A stretch of 54,209 nucleotides of DNA from a virus (lineage: Duplodnaviria > Caudoviricetes), in IMG/VR virus record IMGVR_UViG_3300037440_000524, positions 1-54,209 of that record; one strand, written 5' to 3'. Within the stretch, counting starts at the first letter, position 1. The number at the start of each line of letters is the position of its first letter. The position numbers were made by a program, and so were the translations under genes. Positions 17,681 to 27,303 of the stretch are shown piece after piece. The notes beneath the pieces were generated by a model. The model was not told where the DNA came from, ran no database searches, and saw only the letters and a list, made by a program, of their open reading frames with translations.

Positions 17681-18298
17681 TCAGGAGCCCTTCAGTACTT
17701 GGGTGCCAGTCGGCCATGAGCTGAGCGCGGCCAGAATCGCCGCCTTGAACGCTGCGCCACCGTCGTTTGGCGTGGTCGCGGCGCCGCTGATAGCCGACTT
17801 CAGCGCGTCGAGGTCAGCCTTCGTCGCGAGCTGCTGGTTACCACCTGCCTTGATCTCGCTCGACGTGAATTCGATCTTGTGCTCAGCGCTGCCGCCTATT
17901 GGACCGTGCCGTAGCCCTGGGATCGCGATAGCGTCGGTCAGCGAAAACCGCCGATCGTCCTGCGGATCGACCTCGCCTCCCTTGGTGAGCCACCGGTCGA
18001 GCGACCCCTCGGCGAACACCAGGAGCACCGTGTCTCCCTTGGCGATCGGGAAGATCACCGAGAAATCGCCAGCTCCGGGGAACACCACCGGAACATCGGT
18101 GATGACCGGCAAACTCTCCGTCTGCCGGACCCCCTCCTCGTCCGCGTAGCCCCGCCTCAGGAGCGGCTTGACGTGAGCGCGCTGGGTCGCCGCGTCGTAC
18201 CTCTCCACGCGCCCTGGGAGCGCCGTGTGGACGCCTGAGAGACCTGCCTGCTGGTGCCGGCGAAGGACCTCGGCGAGGGATGGGGTGCGGCTGCTCAT
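17681..18298 (-). CDS. Baseplate central spike (Gp138-like)
   Basis: HTALPGRVERYD, DVPVVFP, GDTVLLVFAE.SLD.W, RRFSLTDAIAIPG. Confidence 0.88.
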   Translation of the reverse strand: MSSRTPSLAEVLRRHQQAGLSGVHTALPGRVERYDAATQRAHVKPLLRRGYADEEGVRQTESLPVITDVPVVFPGAGDFSVIFPIAKGDTVLLVFAEGSLDRWLTKGGEVDPQDDRRFSLTDAIAIPGLRHGPIGGSAEHKIEFTSSEIKAGGNQQLATKADLDALKSAISGAATTPNDGGAAFKAAILAALSSWPTGTQVLKGS

Positions 18299-19137
18299 CG
18301 TGCCACCGCTTCCACGTGCGTCTCCCAGGCTTCGGCATGTGAATCCCCCGTGTGGCTCACGCGCTCTACCTTGTACAGCCTACCCGGCTCCCTTAGCGCG
18401 ATCCTGCCGCCCGGATGGATACGAGGGTCGAGTAGCGTCTGAACCGACAGGGTCGGCTTGCCGCCGTTCTCCTTCGGCGCCGAATGCTCCGGCGTCCCGA
18501 TCATCCCGGTCTCCTGGCTCACTAGGACCGCCTGATCAGGTCGTACGTCGTTCGGTCGCAGGATCTGGAGGTGTCCATCCTGAATCGACCACTCGAGTCC
18601 GTGCGCACCCAGTAGCTTCGTGAGCGCCGAATGGGCGGGACCGTCGAGCACCAGCCCGGCGCTATATGAGGACAGGAGTTCGCTCGCTCCCTCGATATTT
18701 CGCGGCGGTGACGTACCCATTGCCTGGGCAATCTCTCGCAGCGCATCGCGCGCCTGAACCCCGCGCGCGTAGCCGCGATTCACTCTCGCCTTGTACGCGC
18801 GCGATCCGTCGGCAACCTGCAGACGGGATTCCCAGTCTGCCGTGGTGCGCATCGACTCGGAGAAAACGAGGTCACCGACGAACAGCCGGCTCATACTCCC
18901 TTCGTACCCGGCATCTAGGCGGATGAGCGTCGGCTTGTCTTGCAACAGGGAGCGAGTCCGCTCGGCCAGATTGTAGACGGTGATTGAGCAAGTATTCGGC
19001 TCCGACGAGAGCGACTTGTCAACGCGGAACTCGACGCGCAGGTCCGTTACCACCACGGCGTTCGCACCGGTGTCATCGAGTAGGCCGCGCGGCTTAGCGA
19101 TCGTGAGAGCTACACGACGATCGAAGAGGGCGGTCAT
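18295..19137 (-). CDS. Baseplate hub protein
   Basis: LRVEFRVDKS..EPNT.SITVYNL, L.AGY, WSIQDG.LQI, TGMIGTP. Confidence 0.85.
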   Translation of the reverse strand: MTALFDRRVALTIAKPRGLLDDTGANAVVVTDLRVEFRVDKSLSSEPNTCSITVYNLAERTRSLLQDKPTLIRLDAGYEGSMSRLFVGDLVFSESMRTTADWESRLQVADGSRAYKARVNRGYARGVQARDALREIAQAMGTSPPRNIEGASELLSSYSAGLVLDGPAHSALTKLLGAHGLEWSIQDGHLQILRPNDVRPDQAVLVSQETGMIGTPEHSAPKENGGKPTLSVQTLLDPRIHPGGRIALREPGRLYKVERVSHTGDSHAEAWETHVEAVAR

Positions 19138-19466
19138 GCCGACGACACCTCGTCGCGGGTAAAATAGAAGACGACGACTCTATCGCCCAGGTCATCGAAT
19201 CCGGCCTCGCGACCTTGCCCAGTTCTGTCGATGGCCATGAGCGCGCCATGGGGCAGCTCATCACTTGCTGCGCGCACGCCGAGGAACGAGCCCAGCACTA
19301 GCCGCATCCCGCGCCTCAGCGGCGTTTCGTCCTCCGATAGCATGTCGAAATACCAGGACTCAGCGCGACTGTTCCAGCGCACGTCTAGCAGGTAGACGCG
19401 ATTCTCGATAGTGGTCGCAAAGCGATACCTAGCAATCGACGCAATGAATGGAAGGATAGCGGCCAT
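19134..19466 (-). CDS. Baseplate plug-like protein
   Basis: RWNSRAESWYFD..GMRLVLG..DLG; synteny. Confidence 0.75.
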   Translation of the reverse strand: MAAILPFIASIARYRFATTIENRVYLLDVRWNSRAESWYFDMLSEDETPLRRGMRLVLGSFLGVRAASDELPHGALMAIDRTGQGREAGFDDLGDRVVVFYFTRDEVSSA

Positions 19467-20125
19467 CAGAATTCACTCGCAAACCCGCCCGATGGCGAGT
19501 CCTGCCCGCCGAACACGCGTTCGCGGCGTCCTACCGGTGCAGCTTGATGATCTTGGATCCGATCGATGTTCCGCTTTACCTCGGCCGCCTGCGCATCCTT
19601 CGACTCGAACGTCTGGATCTCGAATACCGGTTTGTGGCCAAGGTTGACCTTCTTCGCTGCGATCGGCGGAGTACGAACCAGCGTCCGCTCATTGGCAACG
19701 AGCCGCACCTGTCGGAACGTCGCTGCAAATCTGCACGCGTCTCCCTCACGCGCCGACGTCGGGCGAGATAGGCGCAACGGCGCCATCCGCTCGAAGATCC
19801 CAGCCGAGGTCTGAATCGTTACCGGCTGCCGGCGCTCGAAGATGAACCGAAGCTTGTCGTAGGCGCGAGCGCCGTGCTCGATGCGCTCCACGTCACCGGC
19901 GAGATCCAGCAGGTCAAGGCGACCTGCTTCTCGGAGACGCTGCTCTCTAAGCTCGCCGAACGGCGTATCGGAGACGATGCCCTCCACCGTCAACTCGAAC
20001 GGTCGAGCCCTGACGTGATCTACGATATCCGAGCCCTCCTCTACTGGGTGCTCGGTGACTTCGTTCTCGGTGGTGTGATCGCCAGAGAGCTCAGCGTCGA
20101 TACGGTAGCCGTCGATGATCAGCAT
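19466..20125 (-). CDS. Dit-like tail/baseplate initiator protein
   Basis: IDA...H...EVTEHPVEEGSDIVDH..P.ELTVEG.VSDTP. Confidence 0.82.
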   Translation of the reverse strand: MLIIDGYRIDAELSGDHTTENEVTEHPVEEGSDIVDHVRARPFELTVEGIVSDTPFGELREQRLREAGRLDLLDLAGDVERIEHGARAYDKLRFIFERRQPVTIQTSAGIFERMAPLRLSRPTSAREGDACRFAATFRQVRLVANERTLVRTPPIAAKKVNLGHKPVFEIQTFESKDAQAAEVKRNIDRIQDHQAAPVGRRERVFGGQDSPSGGFASEF

Positions 20126-21648
20126 TACTCGATCGCCTCCCCCGCCTGGCGCAGGCGCTGATCGATCTCTTCCGCGGTGAGCTTGATGATTTCCGCCTTG
20201 TCGGCGCCCGGAGCGTTGATGGTTATGCCGCCAACGTCGATCCTCACCTCACCCTTATCCGGGCGCTGCAGTTTCACCGAGCTCACTGCACCCAGCCGCC
20301 CTGCCTGGAGGAACTGCTTCACCTCGTCCTCGGTCGGGACGATCCCTTGCGCGGCCGCAGCCGACATAAAAGCAGGTGCCTGGAGGAAGCCAGAAGCAGA
20401 GGCGCGCTCCTCCCTCTTCTCTTCTGGCGTCCTCTCTGGCTCTGACAACCCGCTAAGCAACTTCATGAAGAGCGGCGTCAGCCCAGCCACGATGAGCCCC
20501 GGGAACCCCAGGAAGCGCGTAGAGACCCGCAGGACCCCGCCAAGCGTTCGTCCCATCCCGCCCAATAGCCCGACGGTCTTGCCTGCCTGCCCGGCAGCGA
20601 CGGCTCCTGCCGCGCCACCGATGCCGCCGGCCGCCTGTGCGGCACCGAGAGCGCCGATGGAGGCAGCCGCTCCATCCGCTGCCACCGCGACCCCGCGCAG
20701 CTTCAGGATCATCCCAGCGAAGAACTGGATCATGCCGAGCGTCTTGAACGCCAGGAACGCTGAGACTAATAGCTTCACCGTTCTCTCGGCACCACCAAAC
20801 ACCCCGGTCACCTTGCCGACTACGTTGACGACGGTGCTCATCACGCTGAAGAGAACGCGCCCTGCGCCGACGATGCCACGAACGAACGACTCGACTTTCT
20901 GCGATAGCAGCTGTCGATTAGCCTTTACCCAGTTGAGAACCGACGTTGCCCCACGCTGCAAATGGGGAAGAAGCGCCGTTGCGAACTCATTACGCAGGCC
21001 AGACAGGGCCACCTTCATACGATTCTGCGTATCGTCGAACTCTTCGAACTGCGCAATCGTCTTGCCGTCAATCTGGCCGCCCAGATCGACGAACTCCTTG
21101 CGCAGCTTAGCTATCCCGGCACTTCCCTCATTGAGAAACGGGATCAGCTGCGGGCCGGACCTCATCCCGAAGACCTTCATCGCGAGGCCGGTCTTCTGTG
21201 CACCGTCAGGCATCGCCTGGAAACGGTCTGCGATCCGCATCAGTGCATCGTCTAGGGGAATGGTTCCTTTGACGATATCTCGATATGACACGCCGAGCTT
21301 GCTGAAAGCTTTCTGCTGGTCCTCGCCGCCCTTCTTGGCTGCCAGCGCATTCTTGCCCAGGTTTTCAAAACCTCGGATGAGCCTATCTAGAGGGGCGCCA
21401 CCCATGTCCGCGGCATGGCCGAGCTGTTGCAGGGACTCAACCGAGACCCCGACTCGCTTTGAGAGATCCGCGAATCGCGCGGCAGACTGCGTCGTGTCGG
21501 TCACCATCCGCTTGAAGAAGTTGAAGGTCCTGAACGACGCGATACCAATCAGCGCCTGACGTGTGCGCTTGAGCAGCGCGTCGCCGGCGGAGAAAGATCG
21601 CCTATCGGGTTGAAGGCTGAGGCGCGCAAAAAGGCTGGCCACCTGCAC
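20125..21648 (-). CDS. Tape measure protein (short, 507 aa)
   Basis: Ala/Gly-rich helical protein downstream of the chaperone; DLSKRVGVSVESLQQL. Confidence 0.88.
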   Translation of the reverse strand: MQVASLFARLSLQPDRRSFSAGDALLKRTRQALIGIASFRTFNFFKRMVTDTTQSAARFADLSKRVGVSVESLQQLGHAADMGGAPLDRLIRGFENLGKNALAAKKGGEDQQKAFSKLGVSYRDIVKGTIPLDDALMRIADRFQAMPDGAQKTGLAMKVFGMRSGPQLIPFLNEGSAGIAKLRKEFVDLGGQIDGKTIAQFEEFDDTQNRMKVALSGLRNEFATALLPHLQRGATSVLNWVKANRQLLSQKVESFVRGIVGAGRVLFSVMSTVVNVVGKVTGVFGGAERTVKLLVSAFLAFKTLGMIQFFAGMILKLRGVAVAADGAAASIGALGAAQAAGGIGGAAGAVAAGQAGKTVGLLGGMGRTLGGVLRVSTRFLGFPGLIVAGLTPLFMKLLSGLSEPERTPEEKREERASASGFLQAPAFMSAAAAQGIVPTEDEVKQFLQAGRLGAVSSVKLQRPDKGEVRIDVGGITINAPGADKAEIIKLTAEEIDQRLRQAGEAIE

Positions 21649-21902
21649 TATCGTCTACCCTTCTGCGCCTTCGTGATCGCGCGCGCCTCGGCGTCTTGCC
21701 ACGCGTCCAGCGCGCGGTTAGCAGCGTCGATCATCTCTAGAGGGATCTGGTCGAATTCTGACATGCTCAACTTGCCTTCCAGCCACAGCCGCCACACCGG
21801 CCATCCCTCGGCGATGTCGTCGTCTAGATCGAGGCGCTCGCCTTCTCCGCTGCCGCGTCGGCTGGGGCGCTGCTTGATGCCGGCGCGGCGTCTCCAAAAT
21901 CC
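21648..21902 (-). CDS. Tail assembly chaperone -1 frameshift extension (G-T type)
   Basis: Slippery G GAT TTT at 21902-21896; the -1 frame is open to a TAG overlapping the TMP start. Confidence 0.75.
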   Translation of the reverse strand, partial: GFWRRRAGIKQRPSRRGSGEGERLDLDDDIAEGWPVWRLWLEGKLSMSEFDQIPLEMIDAANRALDAWQDAEARAITKAQKGRR

Positions 21903-22231
21903 GCGAACGTGGTCTCGAGCGCGAACGTCACCACCTCGAACAGAGCAGGCAATCTACCGGTGAACGCAGAGTCGATTGCTGACTCGCTAGTGAGGTCCAC
22001 CTTCTGCCCATCGACGATGACACTGGTGTGAACCAGTGACTCGCACGCGAGACCCTTGGACTCATCCGGCGGCAGCGAGAGAAGCAGTTCGGCTAGCGAC
22101 ACCTCTGCGCCCGCCGCCCCGCCTGCCTTGCGCAGCCGAGACATGAGTCCGAGCGCGCGCAAGGGCGGTAGCTGGGTCGTCATGACCTGCATCCCGCCGA
22201 TGGTCTTTGTCTCGGTCTTGAGCTGCTTCAC
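21824..22231 (-). CDS. Tail assembly chaperone
   Basis: Lies between tube and TMP; ends in ...FADF slippery motif. Confidence 0.8.
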   Translation of the reverse strand: MKQLKTETKTIGGMQVMTTQLPPLRALGLMSRLRKAGGAAGAEVSLAELLLSLPPDESKGLACESLVHTSVIVDGQKVDLTSESAIDSAFTGRLPALFEVVTFALETTFADFGDAAPASSSAPADAAAEKASASI

Positions 22232-22239
22232 ATCTCACC

Positions 22240-22680
22240 TCACAGCCCCGGCAGAGCGATGGCGCCTCCGCTGAGAATCTCTAGCCCAGCGGTGAGCAGC
22301 ACCCACTCGCGCACGCCTGCCTCAGCGGCCCACTCCACGTTGGCCGGCCTGGACAGACACGCGAACGGCGCCGCACACTGCGTGAGCTGCCCCAGATTGC
22401 GGATCATGACCGGCAGGACCACCGGGGCGAACCTGCGGCTTGTGGTCGCGCGCGCGCCGAGGATCGAGTTACTCGGCGACTCCGCCTGCAGGCGGAACGT
22501 GACTGAGCCGGTCGGATTCTGCATCCGCCTGAGCACCACGTCGCCTGCCGCGCCAGACGACATCTCGTAGTCGTCCTCGGCTTGCTCGATGGTGATCATG
22601 GAGCCCTCGGCAAAGCCGACGACCATCAGCCCGCCCCAGTCGAGGATCGTTTGCTTGGGATCGTAGGTGGCGAATAGCAT
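22240..22680 (-). CDS. Tail tube protein (DUF3277-like)
   Basis: TYDPK...GFAEGSMI...GAAG..L.AESPSN..REW. Confidence 0.85.
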   Translation of the reverse strand: MLFATYDPKQTILDWGGLMVVGFAEGSMITIEQAEDDYEMSSGAAGDVVLRRMQNPTGSVTFRLQAESPSNSILGARATTSRRFAPVVLPVMIRNLGQLTQCAAPFACLSRPANVEWAAEAGVREWVLLTAGLEILSGGAIALPGL

Positions 22681-22696
22681 CGTCGGCTCCTTGTCC

Positions 22697-24070
22697 TTAC
22701 AGAATCACGACCCCAGTGACGGTTGCCGCGTGCACCGCTCCGGCCAATTTGAAGCTAAAGCTCATCCGCACGCCGCGCGGCAGGAGGTCATCCATCTCGG
22801 AGATGAGCGGCACCTCGATGAGAGGCGAAGGCCCGCCATCGTCATCCTCCGATAGCTCGGCGATGATGCCGCTCGCGACGCCTCGCTGAAGCGCCCCAGA
22901 GAGCGCGTTCTGCAGCTGCACCATGCCTGCGTCGGTGCGCGGGATCTTCGCGGCACCCATGATGGTCCCGAAGATCGACTTCTTCGCGTCGTCCTCGAGT
23001 GCGTCGAGCGACACCACGTTATCGATGAACCCGCGGAGGTCGCTTGGTCCAGCGGCGGTAGTACCCTCGACGGTGATGTTGACGCCCGCCTTGGTGATGT
23101 AGTAGTTCGCGTTGCGCGCATTGAGGTTGGTGATCTGCGTCGGCGTGAGCTTGACCGGCGTAACACCAGCGCGGCGCTTGCCGAGAGCCGTCCAGCTACC
23201 CGGAGTCCGCGGCGCAATGTTTCCGATCAGCGCAGCGCCAGCGAAATCTACCGGGCTCGGGTGGTAGTCTCCGGCGACGTAGGTGTAGCCAGCAGCCGCG
23301 AGGACATCGAGCGTACCCGCCGTGCCAGTGCTGGTACCGAGGTCTCGCGAGTCGTTCGAATCGGCAACGTATAGCTTGCGATTCGCCTGCGCCCAGACCG
23401 CCGCCGCCGATACGTAGTCCTCGCTGTTGTACAGGGTGTATAGCCAGTACCACTGGTCATTTTCGAGCAAGATCGCGGCGAGGTCATCGGCTACCGATGT
23501 ACCCGGGTCACTGTGCGACTGGAGAGACGTGAGGTCAGCCGGAGTAACCGTCTCTACCGAGAACCAGTCGCCAGCAGCGGTGCCAGTAACCGTGACAACC
23601 TCGGATCCTGGAGTACCCGTAGCCGCCGCGGTGTAGTTCTTGCCCACGACCGCGTTGAGAGCAATGACAAGCCCATCGACGATGTCATCGTTGGTATCGG
23701 CCGATTGGCTCTCGTACTCGACCAGCGTAGAGGTCACGCCTTCGCCGGCAACGCTCAGCTGGTACACGTGATCCGGCTCGATCACCTGCACCACGCCGAT
23801 CTCGTACACCTGCGTAACCGAACCGGCGGCGCGACCGATCATCACGCTGGTCGGTCGCGGGTTCTGGCCGAACATCTTGCCGGCAGCGAGCACTTCAGGA
23901 GAGCTCGCCGCGAACCCATCCGCCACGATATCGGCAACGCGCGTGTAGATACGAACGCGCTCGGCAAAGCTGGCGTTGTGCGAGACGATGAGCGGAATGC
24001 CGAAGCCAGCGCGCGCCGGGCTAACCGAGTCGGCTGTAATGGTGAGCGTTACATGCGGTTCGGTGGTCAT
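22697..24070 (-). CDS. Tail sheath protein (DUF3383-like)
   Basis: AGFGIPLI, FGQNPRP..VMIGR, PGSWT..K, KIPRTDAG, LAGAVH. Confidence 0.9.
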   Translation of the reverse strand: MTTEPHVTLTITADSVSPARAGFGIPLIVSHNASFAERVRIYTRVADIVADGFAASSPEVLAAGKMFGQNPRPTSVMIGRAAGSVTQVYEIGVVQVIEPDHVYQLSVAGEGVTSTLVEYESQSADTNDDIVDGLVIALNAVVGKNYTAAATGTPGSEVVTVTGTAAGDWFSVETVTPADLTSLQSHSDPGTSVADDLAAILLENDQWYWLYTLYNSEDYVSAAAVWAQANRKLYVADSNDSRDLGTSTGTAGTLDVLAAAGYTYVAGDYHPSPVDFAGAALIGNIAPRTPGSWTALGKRRAGVTPVKLTPTQITNLNARNANYYITKAGVNITVEGTTAAGPSDLRGFIDNVVSLDALEDDAKKSIFGTIMGAAKIPRTDAGMVQLQNALSGALQRGVASGIIAELSEDDDGGPSPLIEVPLISEMDDLLPRGVRMSFSFKLAGAVHAATVTGVVIL

Positions 24071-24909
24071 TCGCTTTCCTCCGGCGTAGCAGAGACCAGC
24101 TCGGACGGTTCGCTCTCTCCGTGCTTCTCCGACTCCGCGGTCACGACGTAGAAGTACTCAGTCTCGTTAACTAGACCGGTGTGAGCGAACGGCGAGGACA
24201 CATCCTCTTCCTTGGTCGCCGTCTCGAGATCGATACTGGAAACCGTGTCCCAGTAGATGTGGTGAGCCGTTGCGCCCGGCGAATCCGTCCAGGCGATGAC
24301 GTTCTCCTCGTCCCCCGGGGTAGCCGACACGTCCTGTGGCGGATCCAGATTGAACTCGCCAACGTCGAACTGGAACTCGTCGTCACCGACATCGATGTTG
24401 ACCTCGATGCCCTCAACGAACGTGGCGAACTCCTCGGCTTCGGACGCCAGCATGAGGCGCATCTCGGTGACAGCTCGCGGCTCGAAGACGCCGCCAATAC
24501 GACCGTCAATCGACTGGACCGGACCGAAGCCGAGCAAACCGACGCCCGCCTGATTCAGCGCGTGGCGCTTGGTCTGGAGATGCGAGATGGTCACCAGGCG
24601 CTCAAGCAGCGCGCGCGGGGCGCTGGCTCCGATACCCGCCGGAGCGTCGGCACCCGCGAAACACTGCAGTGAGACGGTCGCCTCGCGGACACCCTGTGCC
24701 CGGTAGACGACCTCGGCGCCAGGCTCGGGGTCCTCGACCTCCTCGATGATGCTCCAATCCTGTCCAATGGGGCGCAGCGAGGTCACACGCATGGCCACGT
24801 ACGGGCCGCTGGGGCGCGTAGCATTCTGCTCTCCCCATACGACCGGTAGACCGGTCCCGGACGCTACCAGGGCGGCCAGAGCGTCCTCTGTGGCGGTCCA
24901 GGCGATCAT
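24067..24909 (-). CDS. Neck/tail terminator protein fused to FN3-like domain
   Basis: VVWGEQNA.RP.GPY; C-terminal PPQDVSATPG..W...Y..HTGL.N.T.YFYVVTA..GES. Confidence 0.78.
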   Translation of the reverse strand: MIAWTATEDALAALVASGTGLPVVWGEQNATRPSGPYVAMRVTSLRPIGQDWSIIEEVEDPEPGAEVVYRAQGVREATVSLQCFAGADAPAGIGASAPRALLERLVTISHLQTKRHALNQAGVGLLGFGPVQSIDGRIGGVFEPRAVTEMRLMLASEAEEFATFVEGIEVNIDVGDDEFQFDVGEFNLDPPQDVSATPGDEENVIAWTDSPGATAHHIYWDTVSSIDLETATKEEDVSSPFAHTGLVNETEYFYVVTAESEKHGESEPSELVSATPEESE

Positions 24910-25520
24910 GGTGCCTTGCCCCGGTGCTCTGCCAGATACGCACTGGCGGCCTCACACCACTCCGGGCTCTCCAGGGTCGCAAGTCTCGTGTTACAAAACG
25001 AGCAAAGCAGTGCCCTTACCAGGCCCGTACGATGACAGTGATCAACTGCCGGTCGGCACCTCCCGGCGTCTGAGAAGTCTTTGCGGCAGATCGCACAGCA
25101 CCCTTGCTGTGACTTCCACATCGCCTGATAGTCCCCCTCGGTGAGGCGGTACTTGGACTTCAGGTTATTCCTCCTGCGGAGCGCGTAAGCTTCGGCCGGG
25201 TTCTCCTTCCGCCAGACCCTGAGTCTCTCTGTCCGGGCCTCGGTCGCCTTCCGGTGGGTCTCCCTATACTTCTCCGGGTTCGCTGCGCGCCATTTCGCCT
25301 CTACCGCCCTGGCCTTCTCAGGGTTGGCCGCGCGCCAGTCACGCATTCGCTGGCGATGGCGCTCGGCTACTTCCGGGTTGGCCGCGCGCCAGTCACGCAT
25401 TCGCTGGCGATGGCGCTCGGCTACTTCCGGGTTGGCCGCGCGACGCTGTCGGGCCATCAGGCTCCTGTGAGCCTTCTTGGCCTCCCGGTTAGCTCGGGCT
25501 ATCAGGTTTACCAGGGTCAT
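24906..25520 (-). CDS. Endonuclease VII-family homing endonuclease
   Basis: KYRLT..Y..M...Q.GCCAIC..AVDHCH.TGLVRALLC..CN. Confidence 0.9.
   Translation of the reverse strand: MTLVNLIARANREAKKAHRSLMARQRRAANPEVAERHRQRMRDWRAANPEVAERHRQRMRDWRAANPEKARAVEAKWRAANPEKYRETHRKATEARTERLRVWRKENPAEAYALRRRNNLKSKYRLTEGDYQAMWKSQQGCCAICRKDFSDAGRCRPAVDHCHRTGLVRALLCSFCNTRLATLESPEWCEAASAYLAEHRGKAP
25321..25442. repeat. 54-bp tandem repeat (about 2.3 copies) within the EndoVII gene
   Basis: 25321-25374 identical to 25375-25428; encodes RAANPEVAERHRQRMRDW. Confidence 0.92.
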
Positions 25521-25876
25521 GGCGCCTTGCCTCGGGCAACAAAGGCTCGATGGTGCTCATCACCGAACGCCTCCCAGCGCTCGGACCGGATCACCTTGTA
25601 CGGCTCGCTGTCGATCGTGACGATGTCCGCTGCACCAGCTGGCGACTCAGTGCGAAGCGTCGTAGTCGTGTAGACGACCTTGGTTTCCTCAGCGCTGAAT
25701 CCCTCGGGCAGGACCTGCAGGTCTCGGCCGGTCACCGGCTGGATCGACGCCTCGATATTGAGAGCCGACGTTCCGCCCGGGGTGAAGCGACCGTTCGCGT
25801 CGTATGCACCGGGCGCGCGGCGTGTCACCGCGTAAGTACCGGTGGCAAACGAGCCAATGACGCCGATCAGGCTCAC
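25517..25876 (-). CDS. Head-closure / head-tail adaptor protein
   Basis: ASIQPVTGRDLQVLPEG; synteny. Confidence 0.75.
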   Translation of the reverse strand: MSLIGVIGSFATGTYAVTRRAPGAYDANGRFTPGGTSALNIEASIQPVTGRDLQVLPEGFSAEETKVVYTTTTLRTESPAGAADIVTIDSEPYKVIRSERWEAFGDEHHRAFVARGKAP

Positions 25877-26355
25877 TGCCCGTGCTCCGATACGACGGAG
25901 GTGATCGACTGAACCAGTCGTCCAGTATCAACGAGAGGTCGGTCGCTACCCTTGCGCGCGATCGTCTTCGGCGCGTTAGGGGGCGGGACTCCGTCGCCCT
26001 CGGTGATGGTCTTCTTGATCTCCGCGGCGCCAAACTCGCCCAGCAACCCAAGCGCCTGGGGCACGGTGAATCGATCGTTGATGATTCCGCGCGCCAGCTT
26101 GCCAGCGAGAGCCCCAATATCGTCCGCCTTCACGTTCATCGTGCTCCGAATGAACGAGCGCTCCGGGATGCGACCATCGCGCGAGCCAAACTCGTGGACC
26201 GCGGCGAGCTCCACCATCGTGAAGCCTTGCTCGGTCGCCTCGAGAGCGTCAGAGCCGAGCACGCCCACCTTGACGTGCGCGTGCTCGATCGTGGCGACCT
26301 TGAGCTTCAGACGCCGCCATACGCGGTCATCAACCTTGAGTCCAGGTGCCTTCAT
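25873..26355 (-). CDS. Neck protein
   Basis: VKVGV, AAVHEFG, IPERSFIR, PPNAP.TI.RKGS..PLVDTG.L..SIT. Confidence 0.85.
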   Translation of the reverse strand: MKAPGLKVDDRVWRRLKLKVATIEHAHVKVGVLGSDALEATEQGFTMVELAAVHEFGSRDGRIPERSFIRSTMNVKADDIGALAGKLARGIINDRFTVPQALGLLGEFGAAEIKKTITEGDGVPPPNAPKTIARKGSDRPLVDTGRLVQSITSVVSEHGQ

Positions 26356-26714
26356 AGAACCACCGGAGCTCGCGCCACCGTCGAGCGTATGAGCGCTAGA
26401 TACTGGTCACCGTAGGAGCTTCCGCTGAACCCGGATGAGCTCGCCGAGAGCAGCGCGTAGCTGCGGCTGAGTCCGCCAGCCGACTCGCTGACGACCGGAC
26501 CGGCGGCGCCAACCCCGCCCTGCTTCGAGACCGTCGCAAAGTGCGCAGCCAAGAAGATGCGCGCGAGGTGCAGCTTAGGCGAAGACTCTCCGCCGAAGAT
26601 CGACACGTCGAGCGCGACGTTGACGTAGCCGAGGATCAGTCCCTGCCCCGTCTCGTCGAAATCATCGAGCTCAGGCGCGAGAGCCGCAACGTCATCCCAG
26701 GTGATCGAGGCCAT
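26352..26714 (-). CDS. Head-tail connector (DUF4054-like)
   Basis: LAAHF, VVSESAGGLSRSY, S.YG.QYL.L. Confidence 0.8.
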   Translation of the reverse strand: MASITWDDVAALAPELDDFDETGQGLILGYVNVALDVSIFGGESSPKLHLARIFLAAHFATVSKQGGVGAAGPVVSESAGGLSRSYALLSASSSGFSGSSYGDQYLALIRSTVARAPVVL

Positions 26715-27283
26715 TAGGCCGGCTCCGGGACGATGGTCAGCGCCCCGGCAGCGAATCGGAGCGTCATGCCGTCGTTAATCTGTCTCGACGCCTCCAGTTC
26801 GAGCGCGGCGAGGAACACCGGAATCGTGTCGGACGTCCAGAGCGATACGTAGGTGACGGATGGCCAGTCCCCGCCAGAAGCGGTGAACGACACCGCGTCG
26901 TCGTTTGCCCCGGACAGGTCAGTGTCGATCGTGAACGTGCCGGTAGCGCGCTCGTAGCCGTCAGCGTTGCCCATAGACCCACCGTCGAGCTCACCGGTAG
27001 CTCCCATGCTGCCCGGATCCTCGGTGTGGAGAGCAACTTGGAGCGTCTCTTCGCCAGCGGAGAAGTCGATCTCGAACTCCCCGTCAGCCGACAGCGGCAC
27101 AACACCAGACAGATCGAAGCTGAAGTTCAGCTGCTCCGAATCGTCGATCTTGCCCATCTGCCGCAGCAAGCGGAGTAGCTCCGTCGCTACGACGGTTACC
27201 CCAGGAGGAAACTCGATACCGAGAATCGTCCTAGTGGCGCTGCCTCGGTTCTCGACCGTTGCCTGTGAGGGGAGTGCGATCAC
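26714..27283 (-). CDS. Putative virion structural protein
   Basis: VALHT.DPG, GYER, F..S.GDW..VTY; lies in the head-neck region. Confidence 0.6.
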   Translation of the reverse strand: MIALPSQATVENRGSATRTILGIEFPPGVTVVATELLRLLRQMGKIDDSEQLNFSFDLSGVVPLSADGEFEIDFSAGEETLQVALHTEDPGSMGATGELDGGSMGNADGYERATGTFTIDTDLSGANDDAVSFTASGGDWPSVTYVSLWTSDTIPVFLAALELEASRQINDGMTLRFAAGALTIVPEPA

Positions 27284-27303
27284 TTGGAATCACCACTCCG
27301 CTC

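Noticed and set aside
20177-21559. 460-aa + strand ORF
   Set aside because: Antisense shadow of the tape measure gene; low-complexity and typical of high-GC DNA
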